This document shows, one piece after another, positions 1-8,470 of a stretch of DNA of 64,000 nt. Position 1 is the first letter of the stretch; each line of letters starts with the position of its first letter. The stretch comes from an uncultured bacterium (GTDB lineage Bacteria; Actinomycetota; Acidimicrobiia; Spongiisociales; ZC4RG35): positions 467,809 through 531,808 of the forward strand of contig CAVUYZ010000003.1 in NCBI GenBank assembly GCA_963745865.1, given 5' to 3'. Under the pieces are notes generated by a model. That model was given only the letters and a program-made list of their open reading frames with translations, did no database searches and had not been told where the DNA came from. A program made the translations under genes and the position numbers.

Positions 1-474
1 GTGACGGCAGGGTGGGATCTACCCGGGAGGGTCGTCCCTGCGGACAACTGGCACTTGACACTCCGATTTGTCGGGAAGATGGACGATGTGTCGATCGATC
101 GCCTGCTCGCAGACCTCGATCAGGCCGAACTCGGTGGAAGCTTCGGTGTCACCCTGGCCACCGTCGGCACATTCCCGAATCCGGAGAAGGCGACCGTGCT
201 CTGGCTCGGCCTCCGACGAGGCATCGACCGCATGTCGGAACTGGCGGGGCGGATCGACGACGCAGTCGACCGAATCGGTTTTGGACGCGAGGAGCGGCCG
301 TTCGTTCCTCATCTCACGTTGTCGCGAATTCGCCCTCCGGTTCGGGTGAATCGGCTGGTCGATGAGATCGACGTTCCGCCGATGCGGTTCGATGTGCACG
401 AAGTGATCGTGTTCTCGTCGATCGATGGGGTGGATGGGCCGGTCTACGAGGAAATCGACACCGTTTCGGTGTGA
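1..474 (+). CDS. thpR: RNA 2',3'-cyclic phosphodiesterase (2H phosphoesterase); 5' end may lie outside the window
   Basis: Two HxT motifs (WHLTLRF, PHLTLSR); usual position upstream of recA. Confidence 0.9.
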   Translation: MTAGWDLPGRVVPADNWHLTLRFVGKMDDVSIDRLLADLDQAELGGSFGVTLATVGTFPNPEKATVLWLGLRRGIDRMSELAGRIDDAVDRIGFGREERPFVPHLTLSRIRPPVRVNRLVDEIDVPPMRFDVHEVIVFSSIDGVDGPVYEEIDTVSV

Positions 475-607
475 TTCTCGGGCATGGCGGCTCGGCCGAA
501 TCACCCGCTCTGCTACACCGCTCCGCCCAGATTCTGCTGTCGACTCGGACGCGAATGGCCGCAGTCGTTCGATGTTCGTGATTACGATTCAGCAACGGTC
601 CTTGGCA

Positions 608-623
608 TCGAACACATGTTCGT
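608..623. promoter_or_regulatory. LexA (SOS) box upstream of recA
   Basis: TCGAACACATGTTCGT matches the actinobacterial TCGAAC-N4-GTTCGA consensus. Confidence 0.85.
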
Positions 624-650
624 GTAGCGTCCTCGGAACACAGAAGCGAA

Positions 651-676
651 GTTCTGTCACACCCGACCCGTAGGTT
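651..676 (+). promoter_or_regulatory. PafBC/RecA-NDp-like DNA-damage promoter of recA
   Basis: TGTCAC-N10-TA-GGT-T, like the mycobacterial TGTCGG-N10-TA-N3-T motif; the same element recurs at 7597-7622. Confidence 0.7.
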
Positions 677-718
677 CTGTTCTACGAGCCGGAATCGCAG
701 GCCCGCACAGACGACAAC

Positions 719-752
719 GCATCCACAGCAACCAGGCATCCACAGCAACCAG
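719..752 (+). repeat. 17-bp perfect tandem repeat in the recA leader
   Basis: GCATCCACAGCAACCAG x2. Confidence 0.85.
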
Positions 753-780
753 CTGAGACAAGGTCAAGAGAGGTAGACCC

Positions 781-1878
781 GTGGCGAAACGACAGAACCA
801 GGATCCCGTGAACTACGTCGGGCGAGACCCGAAGGAGCGCAACAAGGCGCTCGACATGGCGATGTCGCAGATCGAGCGACAGTTCGGCAAGGGCTCCATC
901 ATGAAGATGGGCGACGCCGCGACTGTCAAAGCCGAAGTGATCTCAACCGGAGCGCTCGCAGTCGACCTTGCCCTCGGTGTCGGTGGGGTTCCTCGTGGCC
1001 GTGTCGTCGAGATCTTCGGGCCAGAGTCGTCGGGAAAGACCACGCTCTCGCTCCATATCGTCGCCGAGGCCCAGCGCAACGGTGGGATCGCCGCATTCAT
1101 CGACGCCGAGCATGCCCTCGACCCCATCTATGCCAGGGCACTCGGGGTGGATGTCGACGAGCTGTTGATCTCTCAGCCCGACACAGGGGAGCAGGCGCTC
1201 GAGATCGCCGACATGTTGATCCGCTCAGGAGCTCTCGATGTCGTCGTGATCGACTCGGTGGCTGCTCTGGTTCCTCGCGCTGAGATCGAAGGGGAGATGG
1301 GCGACACGCATGTCGGCCTCCAGGCCCGCTTGATGTCGCAGGCGCTGCGGAAGCTCACAGCCAACCTCCATCGATCAAAGACGACTGCGATCTTCATCAA
1401 CCAGCTTCGCGAGAAGATCGGCGTCATGTTCGGGTCGCCGGAAACGACTCCCGGTGGGCGCGCGTTGAAGTTCTACTCATCGGTCCGGATCGACATTCGC
1501 AGGATCGAGTCGCTCAAGGACGGCGGCGAGAACGTCGGTAACCGCTGTCGGGTCAAGATCGTCAAGAACAAGATGGCGCCACCGTTCCGTCAGGCCGAAT
1601 TCGACATCATGTTCGGTGAGGGCATCTCGCGGGAGGGAAGCCTCCTCGATGTGGCGGTCGATCTGGGCATCGTCCGCAAGAGCGGTGCCTGGTTCACGTT
1701 CGAGGACGAACAGCTGGGCCAGGGACGCGAGAACGCCAAACGGTTCCTGAAGGAGAGTCCGGAGGTTTCGATGCAGCTCCAGGCCCGGGTCTACGACGAG
1801 GCCGGTCTCAACGACTCCGTCGATGAGCCTGAGGAGGAATCCGAAGGATTGGAGAGCTCAGAGGTCGAGGAAGAGTGA
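781..1878 (+). CDS. recA: Recombinase RecA
   Basis: [10 protein letters not shown]-loop, [29 protein letters not shown]. Confidence 0.99.
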   Translation: MAKRQNQDPVNYVGRDPKERNKALDMAMSQIERQFGKGSIMKMGDAATVKAEVISTGALAVDLALGVGGVPRGRVVEIFGPESSGKTTLSLHIVAEAQRNGGIAAFIDAEHALDPIYARALGVDVDELLISQPDTGEQALEIADMLIRSGALDVVVIDSVAALVPRAEIEGEMGDTHVGLQARLMSQALRKLTANLHRSKTTAIFINQLREKIGVMFGSPETTPGGRALKFYSSVRIDIRRIESLKDGGENVGNRCRVKIVKNKMAPPFRQAEFDIMFGEGISREGSLLDVAVDLGIVRKSGAWFTFEDEQLGQGRENAKRFLKESPEVSMQLQARVYDEAGLNDSVDEPEEESEGLESSEVEEE

Positions 1879-2045
1879 CGGTCGTGTCAGATCGTGAACT
1901 CGTGTTGTAGCATGAAGGACAAGGCACATAACACATTGAACAAAGCGTGACACCCAGATGATCGACGACCAGAGAAGGAACCACTGCAAACGGCCGGCAT
2001 GACGCCTGCCCGCTCGTGAACATCCAACTCTGATCCACGGTATGT

Positions 2046-2070
2046 GCCGAACCCCTTGGGGTTCGGCTTT
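2046..2070 (+). terminator. Intrinsic terminator/attenuator hairpin in the rny leader
   Basis: GCCGAACCCC-TT-GGGGTTCGGC followed by TTT. Confidence 0.65.
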
Positions 2071-2113
2071 GCCGTTTCTGAGGGTGATCGCGCACTGAAA
2101 GTGAGCAGACACG

Positions 2114-3655
2114 ATGGATCAACTTGGACCCATCGCCCTGGCGGTGGCGCTGGCGGTGGTCATTGCCGGAGGAGGCGGGTTCCTGATCGCGATGCGATCA
2201 ACGTCCCGCAATTCCTCCGGCGAGAGCGACTCCCAGGACGTGATTGCCGAGGCGAGACTCGAAGCGCAACGGATTCTCACGAGAGCAGAAGAGGAGGGTC
2301 GCGCTCGGGCCGACACCTACCGAGAACGGGAAGAAGCGGCGCTCGAGCACCGCAAAGTGGAGATCGACACGGTCGAGTCGCGCCTCGGTCAACGCGAAGA
2401 AACGCTGGAACAACGGGCATCGAACCTGGCATCGCGGGAGCAGCTGCTGCTCGATCGCGAGCGCGAGGTCACGTCTGTGCGACAGGAGACCGAGTCGTTG
2501 CGTGAGGAGGCCCGCCAGGATCTGGAGCGGATCGCCAGCATCGATGCCAAGGCTGCAAAAGAGCAGCTGCTGCAGGATGTCGAGGATGAAGCTCGACGCG
2601 ACGCCATGCTCCTTGTGCGAGATCTCGAGGTCAGGGCGCGCGAGGAAGCCGAAAAGCGCGCCCGGCGCATCCTGGCGACTGCGATCCAGCGTCTTGCGTC
2701 CGAGGTGGTGACCGAGACGACCGTCTCGGTCGTGCAACTCCCGAGTGATGACATGAAGGGGAGGATCATTGGCCGGGAGGGCAGGAACATCCGCGCCCTC
2801 GAAGCGGTAACCGGTGTCAACCTGATCGTCGATGACACGCCGGAAGCGGTGTCAGTCGCATCATTCGACCCGGTTCGTCGGGAGGTCGCCAGACTCACAC
2901 TCGAGCGCCTGGTCGCCGACGGCCGGATTCATCCCGCCTCGATCGAAGAAGCCTTCGAGAAGTCGCAGGCAGAGGTCGAACAGAGCGTTCGAGACGCGGG
3001 CGAGTGGGCATTGCTCGAAGTCGGCGTTTCGAGGATGAACCCCGAGCTCGTGACGCTGGTCGGGAGGCTCAAGTACCGCACGTCGTATGGGCAGAACGTG
3101 CTCAACCACTCGGTCGAGGCGGCACACATCGGTGCCATGTTGGCTGCCGAGATGGGTATCGAAGTCGCCACGGTCAAGCGAGCCTCGCTGCTCCACGACA
3201 TCGGCAAGGCGGTCACCCACGAGGTCGAGGGCTCGCACGCTCTGATCGGCGCGGAGATCGCCAGGCGATTCGGAGAGGATCCTGCGGTCGTCCACGGGAT
3301 CGAGGCCCACCACAACGAGGTCGAGCCCAGGACGCTGCTGGCGATCCTCGTGCAAGCAGCCGACGCAGTCAGCGCTGCCCGGCCGGGAGCCCGCCGGGAA
3401 GCCCTCGAGTCCTACGTCCGGCGGCTTGAGAAGCTGGAGGGCGTGGCCCTGGAGTTCGACGGTGTCGAGCGGGTGTTCGCAATGCAGGCTGGTCGAGAGG
3501 TGCGTGTCGTGGTCGATCCCGGGAGTGTCGACGACCTCGCCGCCGCCGATCTGTCGCGTCGCATCGCCCGGAAGCTGGAGGAGGATCTCCAGTACCCTGG
3601 TCAGATCCAGGTGACGGTCATCCGGGAGTTCCGGGCGACCGATTACGCACGCTGA
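2114..3655 (+). CDS. rny: Ribonuclease Y
   Basis: N-terminal TM helix, coiled coil, KH domain (KGRIIGREGRNIR), HD domain (LLHDIGK). Confidence 0.98.
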   Translation: MDQLGPIALAVALAVVIAGGGGFLIAMRSTSRNSSGESDSQDVIAEARLEAQRILTRAEEEGRARADTYREREEAALEHRKVEIDTVESRLGQREETLEQRASNLASREQLLLDREREVTSVRQETESLREEARQDLERIASIDAKAAKEQLLQDVEDEARRDAMLLVRDLEVRAREEAEKRARRILATAIQRLASEVVTETTVSVVQLPSDDMKGRIIGREGRNIRALEAVTGVNLIVDDTPEAVSVASFDPVRREVARLTLERLVADGRIHPASIEEAFEKSQAEVEQSVRDAGEWALLEVGVSRMNPELVTLVGRLKYRTSYGQNVLNHSVEAAHIGAMLAAEMGIEVATVKRASLLHDIGKAVTHEVEGSHALIGAEIARRFGEDPAVVHGIEAHHNEVEPRTLLAILVQAADAVSAARPGARREALESYVRRLEKLEGVALEFDGVERVFAMQAGREVRVVVDPGSVDDLAAADLSRRIARKLEEDLQYPGQIQVTVIREFRATDYAR

Positions 3656-3670
3656 CCTCAGAGCGAGCCT

Positions 3671-5056
3671 ATGACCGAAACACTGCTTCCCGCGCCGCGC
3701 CGCCGCGAGCGTCCATATCGCACCCCCACGAGGACGGGTCAGGAGTTCCTGATCCGAACGTTCGGGTGCCAGATGAACGAACACGACTCGGAGCGGATCG
3801 CCGGCTTGCTCGAGTCCGACGGGATGACCATGACCAACGACATGGGTCGGGCAGATGTGGTGTACATCAACACCTGCACCATCCGTGAGAACGCAGACAA
3901 CCGGCTCTACGGCACTCTGGGCCAACTGAAGGCCGTCAAGGACGTCAACCCGGAGATGAAGCTGGTCGTCGGCGGATGCGCCGCTCAGAAGGATCGGGAC
4001 TACGTCCGGGAGCGGGCCCCGTGGGTCGATGTGGTGATGGGCACTCACAATCTCGATCGGGTCCTGGATCTGCTGGACCACGCCGAACATTGGGGACCGA
4101 TCATCGAAGTGATGGACGAACTGCAGGCGATGCCGTCGTCGTTGCCCGTCAAACGCGAATTGCCGCATTCGGCGTGGATCACGATCCAGGTCGGGTGCAA
4201 CAACACCTGCACGTTCTGCATCGTTCCGAGCGTCCGGGGGCCCGAGATCAGCAGACGCCCGGGCGACATCCTCGACGAGGTCCGGAAGCTGGTCGACGAT
4301 GGCGTCGTCGAGTTCACGCTGCTCGGCCAGAATGTGGACACCTACGGACGCGACCTCGCCATCGACGGGAAACGGCGCCCAATCTTCGCAGACCTCCTGC
4401 GTCAGGTGGGCTCCATCCCTGGTGTGCAGCGGGTGCGGTTCACCTCACCGCATCCGAACGACTTCCGGGAGGAAGTCGCTCGTGCGATGGCCGAGACCGA
4501 GGCGGTCTGTCCCCAGCTCCACTTCCCGCTCCAGTCGGGGTCAGACAGGATCCTGCGAGCGATGCATCGGGGCTACACGACAGAGAAGTACCTGCGGCGC
4601 CTGGAGATGGCGCGTCGGCTGATCCCCGACCTCGCCGTGTCCACGGATGTGATCGTCGGGTTCCCCGGCGAGACCGAGGAAGACTTCCAAATGACGCTCG
4701 ACCTGGTGGAAGCGGCGAAGTTCGACTCGGCGTTCCTGTTCCTCTTCTCTCCTCGACCCGGGACGGCGGCAGCCGAGGACACCGATGCCTTCGTGCCGGA
4801 GGACATCGCCAAGGAGCGGTTCGCTCGTCTGCAGGAGGTCCAAGAAGCTGCATCGCTCGAGCGCAATCGCGCGCTGGTCGGCACCATTCAAGAAGTCATC
4901 AGCGAAGGTCAGTCGAAGAAGAACGTCTCGAGTGCGACGACGCGGGCACGCAACGGGAAGCTCGTCCACGTCGACGGGAGCTATCCCGCCGGCTCGGTCA
5001 TCAGCGTCGAGATTCAGCACGCCGGTCATCACCATTTGATCGGGGTCCCGGTCTGA
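3671..5056 (+). CDS. miaB: tRNA-2-methylthio-N6-isopentenyladenosine synthase
   Basis: TFGCQMNEHDSE, radical SAM CNNTCTFC, C-terminal TRAM domain. Confidence 0.98.
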   Translation: MTETLLPAPRRRERPYRTPTRTGQEFLIRTFGCQMNEHDSERIAGLLESDGMTMTNDMGRADVVYINTCTIRENADNRLYGTLGQLKAVKDVNPEMKLVVGGCAAQKDRDYVRERAPWVDVVMGTHNLDRVLDLLDHAEHWGPIIEVMDELQAMPSSLPVKRELPHSAWITIQVGCNNTCTFCIVPSVRGPEISRRPGDILDEVRKLVDDGVVEFTLLGQNVDTYGRDLAIDGKRRPIFADLLRQVGSIPGVQRVRFTSPHPNDFREEVARAMAETEAVCPQLHFPLQSGSDRILRAMHRGYTTEKYLRRLEMARRLIPDLAVSTDVIVGFPGETEEDFQMTLDLVEAAKFDSAFLFLFSPRPGTAAAEDTDAFVPEDIAKERFARLQEVQEAASLERNRALVGTIQEVISEGQSKKNVSSATTRARNGKLVHVDGSYPAGSVISVEIQHAGHHHLIGVPV

Positions 5057-5949
5057 AACTGCTCGCGATCGTCGGCCCAACGGCTGCGGGAAAGAGCGAG
5101 GTCGCTCTGCGGGTGGCCAAGCGCACGGGGGCGGCGATCCTGTCGGTCGATTCCATGCAGGTCTACCGGGAGATGGACATCGGAACCGCCAAGCCGACGC
5201 TGCGCGACCGGGAGGAGGTTCTCCACGGCATGATCGACATCGCCGACCCCGCCGACGATTTCACCGTCGCGCAGTTCCAGACGAGCGCACGGAGATTCGT
5301 CGAGACCACCGATCGGCCGATCGTGATCGTGGGCGGCAGCGGTTTGCACTTCCGGTCCGTCGTCGACCCCTTGTCGTTTCCCGAGCACGATCCGGTATTG
5401 CGCTCGGAGTTGGATGGACAGGATCCTGCGGTGATGGTTCATCGCCTGCTGGACATCGACCCTGCGGCAGGTGATGCCATCGACATCCAGAACCCTCGAC
5501 GGGTGGTTCGTGCGTTGGAGATCGCGCTCCTCACGGGAGAGACCCCGACCGCTCGGACTCAGTCAGCGGACTATGCCGCCGTCCAGGCCTACGAGGCGAA
5601 GCTCCCCTTCGTCGGGGTAGGACTCGATCCTGAGAACGCGATCGAAGGCCGGATCACCACGCGGACAGGGAACATGATCGAGTCCGGACTTGTCGGCGAG
5701 GTCGAGCGTCTGGCCGGGCGGCTCGGTCGAAATGCCGCCCAGGCCGTTGGGTACAAGGAGTTGTTGCCGGTCGTCGCCGGCCAGCGCGATCTGGAGTCGG
5801 CGATCTCCGACATCCACCGGGCGACGGTCGCCCTGGTGAAGCATCAACGAACGTTCTTCGGGCGGGATCCGAGGATCGATTGGATTGCCTCGCAGTCGAC
5901 CGTCGAGCAGGCGGTGTCGTATTGTCTCGATGTGTGGAGGCCCGAATGA
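5053..5949 (+). CDS. miaA: tRNA dimethylallyltransferase (probable CTG start overlapping the miaB stop)
   Basis: GPTAAGKS, DSMQVYREMDIGTAKP, VGGSGL, NPRRVVRALE; 3' part of ORF 3976..5949. Confidence 0.95.
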   Translation: MKLLAIVGPTAAGKSEVALRVAKRTGAAILSVDSMQVYREMDIGTAKPTLRDREEVLHGMIDIADPADDFTVAQFQTSARRFVETTDRPIVIVGGSGLHFRSVVDPLSFPEHDPVLRSELDGQDPAVMVHRLLDIDPAAGDAIDIQNPRRVVRALEIALLTGETPTARTQSADYAAVQAYEAKLPFVGVGLDPENAIEGRITTRTGNMIESGLVGEVERLAGRLGRNAAQAVGYKELLPVVAGQRDLESAISDIHRATVALVKHQRTFFGRDPRIDWIASQSTVEQAVSYCLDVWRPE

Positions 5950-6707
5950 TTCCTTTCACCAAGATGCATGGACTATCCAACGACTTCGTCGTGGTTGACG
6001 GCCCGGTAGACCACGATCCCGATCTCGTCCGGATGATGTGTGATCGGCGGACCGGGGTGGGCGCCGATGGTCTGCTGGCCGTCTCGGTCTCGGCTGAGAC
6101 CGGCAACGTCGTCATGCAGTATTGGAACGCCGACGGGTCTCCGGCCGAGATGTGTGGCAACGGCTTGCGATGCGTTGCCAGCTATGCGCGGAGCGCCGGA
6201 CTCGTTGGCGATGCCGCATTTGTCGTCGAGACGCCGGTGGGCCCGAGGTCGGTTGTTGTATTGGCGGATGACTCGGTCTCGGTCGACCTGGGCCCGGTGT
6301 CGGTGGGGGGATCGTTCGATCTGGCGGGCCGGTCCTGGACCAGCGTCGATGTCGGGAACCCCCACGTCGTCACGACAGTGTCCGATCCGAACGAGATTGC
6401 CGTCGATGAAGAAGGACCCAGGGTCGAGCGAGATGCGATGTTCCCGGCCGGTACCAATGTCGAATTCGTGCACGTCGGCGCTGATGTGATCGAGATGCGG
6501 GTGTGGGAGCGGGGTGTTGGTGAGACCCTGGCGTGTGGAACAGGGATGGTGGCGGTGGCCGCAGCCGCCCGTGCAGCGCACCCAACCCAGACTCGATGGT
6601 TGGTGCAGGTCCGGGGAGGTATCGGCGAGGTCCGGTTCGACGGCGATGCCGCCTGGTTGACCGGTCCGGTTGCCACTGTCTTCTCGGGGGAGTGGGAAGC
6701 TCAGTAG
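5946..6707 (+). CDS. dapF: Diaminopimelate epimerase
   Basis: FTKMHGLSNDF, EMCGNG, GNPH, ERGVGETLACGTG. Confidence 0.97.
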   Translation: MIPFTKMHGLSNDFVVVDGPVDHDPDLVRMMCDRRTGVGADGLLAVSVSAETGNVVMQYWNADGSPAEMCGNGLRCVASYARSAGLVGDAAFVVETPVGPRSVVVLADDSVSVDLGPVSVGGSFDLAGRSWTSVDVGNPHVVTTVSDPNEIAVDEEGPRVERDAMFPAGTNVEFVHVGADVIEMRVWERGVGETLACGTGMVAVAAAARAAHPTQTRWLVQVRGGIGEVRFDGDAAWLTGPVATVFSGEWEAQ

Positions 6708-7368
6708 ATCTTGCGGAGTACCGAGACGACCTTCCCGATGATCTCGACGCCGCCCGTGAACACCATCGGCTCGTAGGACGGATTCTCCGAGATGAGTTGG
6801 ACGGTGCCGTTCTCTCGCTTCAAGCGCTTGACGGTTGCTTCCTCGCCATCGATCAACGCGGCGATGATCTCACCGTCACGAGCATCCGGCTGACGTCGGA
6901 TCACCACGTAGTCCCCGTCGAGGATGCCGGCGTCGATCATCGAATCGCCGCGAACCTCCAGCATGAAGACGGGGTCGGAGCCGACGAGCTCTTCGGGGAG
7001 CGGCATCACTGTCTCGATGTCCTCGGCGGCGAGGATGGGGGAGCCGGCAGCAATGCGACCGACGAGCGGGACGTCTCTGAGCCGGTCGTCGCGTGAGCCG
7101 GTGCAGACGGGGTGAGGCTGCGGACGGACGACTCGTCGGTGAGGATCTCGATCGCCCGCGGTTTGCTCGGGTCACGTCGGATGTAGCCGGACTTGACCAG
7201 CGAAGACAGGTGGCTGTGGACCGTGGAGGGTGACGAGAGCCCGACTGCTTCGCAGATTTCTCGAACCGATGGCGGGTAGCCGCGGTCGTTGACGGTGTCG
7301 GTCAGGAAGTCGAGCACCTGTCGCTGACGGTCCGAGAGCGGGTCTCTTCCAGATGTGGTCGGGCTCAT
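6701..7368 (-). CDS. lexA: SOS repressor LexA, split by a frameshift near 7080-7130 (likely sequencing indel)
   Basis: HTH half ([26 protein letters not shown]) in one frame; [12 protein letters not shown] and peptidase S24 half (VRGDSM, EATVKR) in another; RBS GGAGGAG. Confidence 0.93.
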
Positions 7369-7415
7369 GGCTCCTCCTCGTGTCCGCAGAACCATACCGG
7401 TTCATACTTCGCGTT

Positions 7416-7479
7416 CCAAACATATGTTCGACTTGACGATCGAACACCTGTTCGGGTAGTGTACCGAACACATGTTCGA
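7416..7479. promoter_or_regulatory. Three LexA boxes spaced 24 bp apart in the divergent lexA/LysM promoter
   Basis: CCAAACATATGTTCGA (7416), TCGAACACCTGTTCGG (7440), CCGAACACATGTTCGA (7464), interleaved with TTGACG (7433) and TAGTGT (7457). Confidence 0.9.
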
Positions 7480-7596
7480 AGTCAACGACCGCCATGCTGG
7501 AGGCGGGCGTCGCCCACGACCGAGGAGAGAGCCGCAATGAGCACGCCTACGCAGCAACCGCCCACGCAGCAACCGTCCGGCTGTCACCAGCTCGCA

Positions 7597-7622
7597 GTTC
7601 TGTCACACCGCACCGATACGTT
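7597..7622 (+). promoter_or_regulatory. PafBC/RecA-NDp-like promoter upstream of the LysM gene
   Basis: GTTCTGTCAC-ACCGCACCGA-TA-CGT-T; first 13 bp identical to the recA element. Confidence 0.7.
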
Positions 7623-7673
7623 GATTTCCATCCGGCCATCGCCGGTGGAACCCGCCCACGAGGAGGAAGGTCG

Positions 7674-7952
7674 ATGTCGAAGCGCACTCAGATCCTGGCC
7701 ATCAGGTTCCTGATCCTTCTCCTCGCGCTGTCCTCGGCCTTTCTCCTCCTGGGCAACAGTGTGTCGGCTGATGAGCCAGTGGCCCTCACGGTCCATGTCG
7801 TACAGTCGGGCGACACGCTGTGGACGATCGCCTCCGATCTCGCCGCTCCCGATGAGGACGTCCGTGCCTCGATCTCGGAGTTGAAGCGTCTGAACGGACT
7901 CACGTCGTCGTCGTTGTCGGTGGGCCAGGTCCTGTCGGTGCCACTCGACTGA
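7674..7952 (+). CDS. LysM membrane protein, YneA/ChiZ-like SOS cell-division inhibitor
   Basis: TM helix plus LysM (VVQSGDTLWTIA); divergent from lexA; RBS AGGAGG. Confidence 0.85.
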   Translation: MSKRTQILAIRFLILLLALSSAFLLLGNSVSADEPVALTVHVVQSGDTLWTIASDLAAPDEDVRASISELKRLNGLTSSSLSVGQVLSVPLD

Positions 7953-7999
7953 TCGTCGGCCGCACGCAGGGGTGGCGGGAGCGGTAGCTATTGCTCGTC

Positions 8000-8461
8000 A
8001 TGCGATGCCCTGAGTGCGGCCATCAGTCGAGCCGCGTCATCGATTCGAGGCCCGCCGACGATGGCGCCTCGATTCGTCGGCGCCGCCAGTGTGAGACGTG
8101 TGAAGCACGATTCACGACGTACGAGCGGATGGAGTCGGTGAGAAAGGTCAGGAAGCGGTCGGGGGAGCTGCAGCCGTTCGATTCCTCCAAGCTCAGAGCC
8201 GGGCTCGAATCCGCATTGGCCGATCGGCCAGTCTCCCAACTCGGAATCGACGATCTCGTCGATTCCATCGAGCGGAGCGTGTTGTCCGGATCTGGCCCGA
8301 TCGAGTCGAGCGAGATCGGAACGCACGTGCTCCAGCGTCTCAAGGAGCTCGATACGGTCGCCTACCTCAGGTTCGCCTCGGTCTACGAGGACTTCGAAGG
8401 TGCCGCGGACTTCGAGCAGGCGCTCGCGGAGCTCGGTGACCGGGTCGAGGTCAGCGACTGA
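8000..8461 (+). CDS. nrdR: Transcriptional repressor NrdR
   Basis: MRCPEC, SIRRRRQC, RFTTYE, ATP cone, AYLRFASVY. Confidence 0.97.
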   Translation: MRCPECGHQSSRVIDSRPADDGASIRRRRQCETCEARFTTYERMESVRKVRKRSGELQPFDSSKLRAGLESALADRPVSQLGIDDLVDSIERSVLSGSGPIESSEIGTHVLQRLKELDTVAYLRFASVYEDFEGAADFEQALAELGDRVEVSD

Positions 8462-8470
8462 TCGAGCGGC

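Noticed and set aside
3976-5052. 657-aa ORF suggesting a long N-terminal extension of MiaA
   Set aside because: The extension is an Arg/Gly-rich shadow frame of miaB; MiaA homology starts at 5053.
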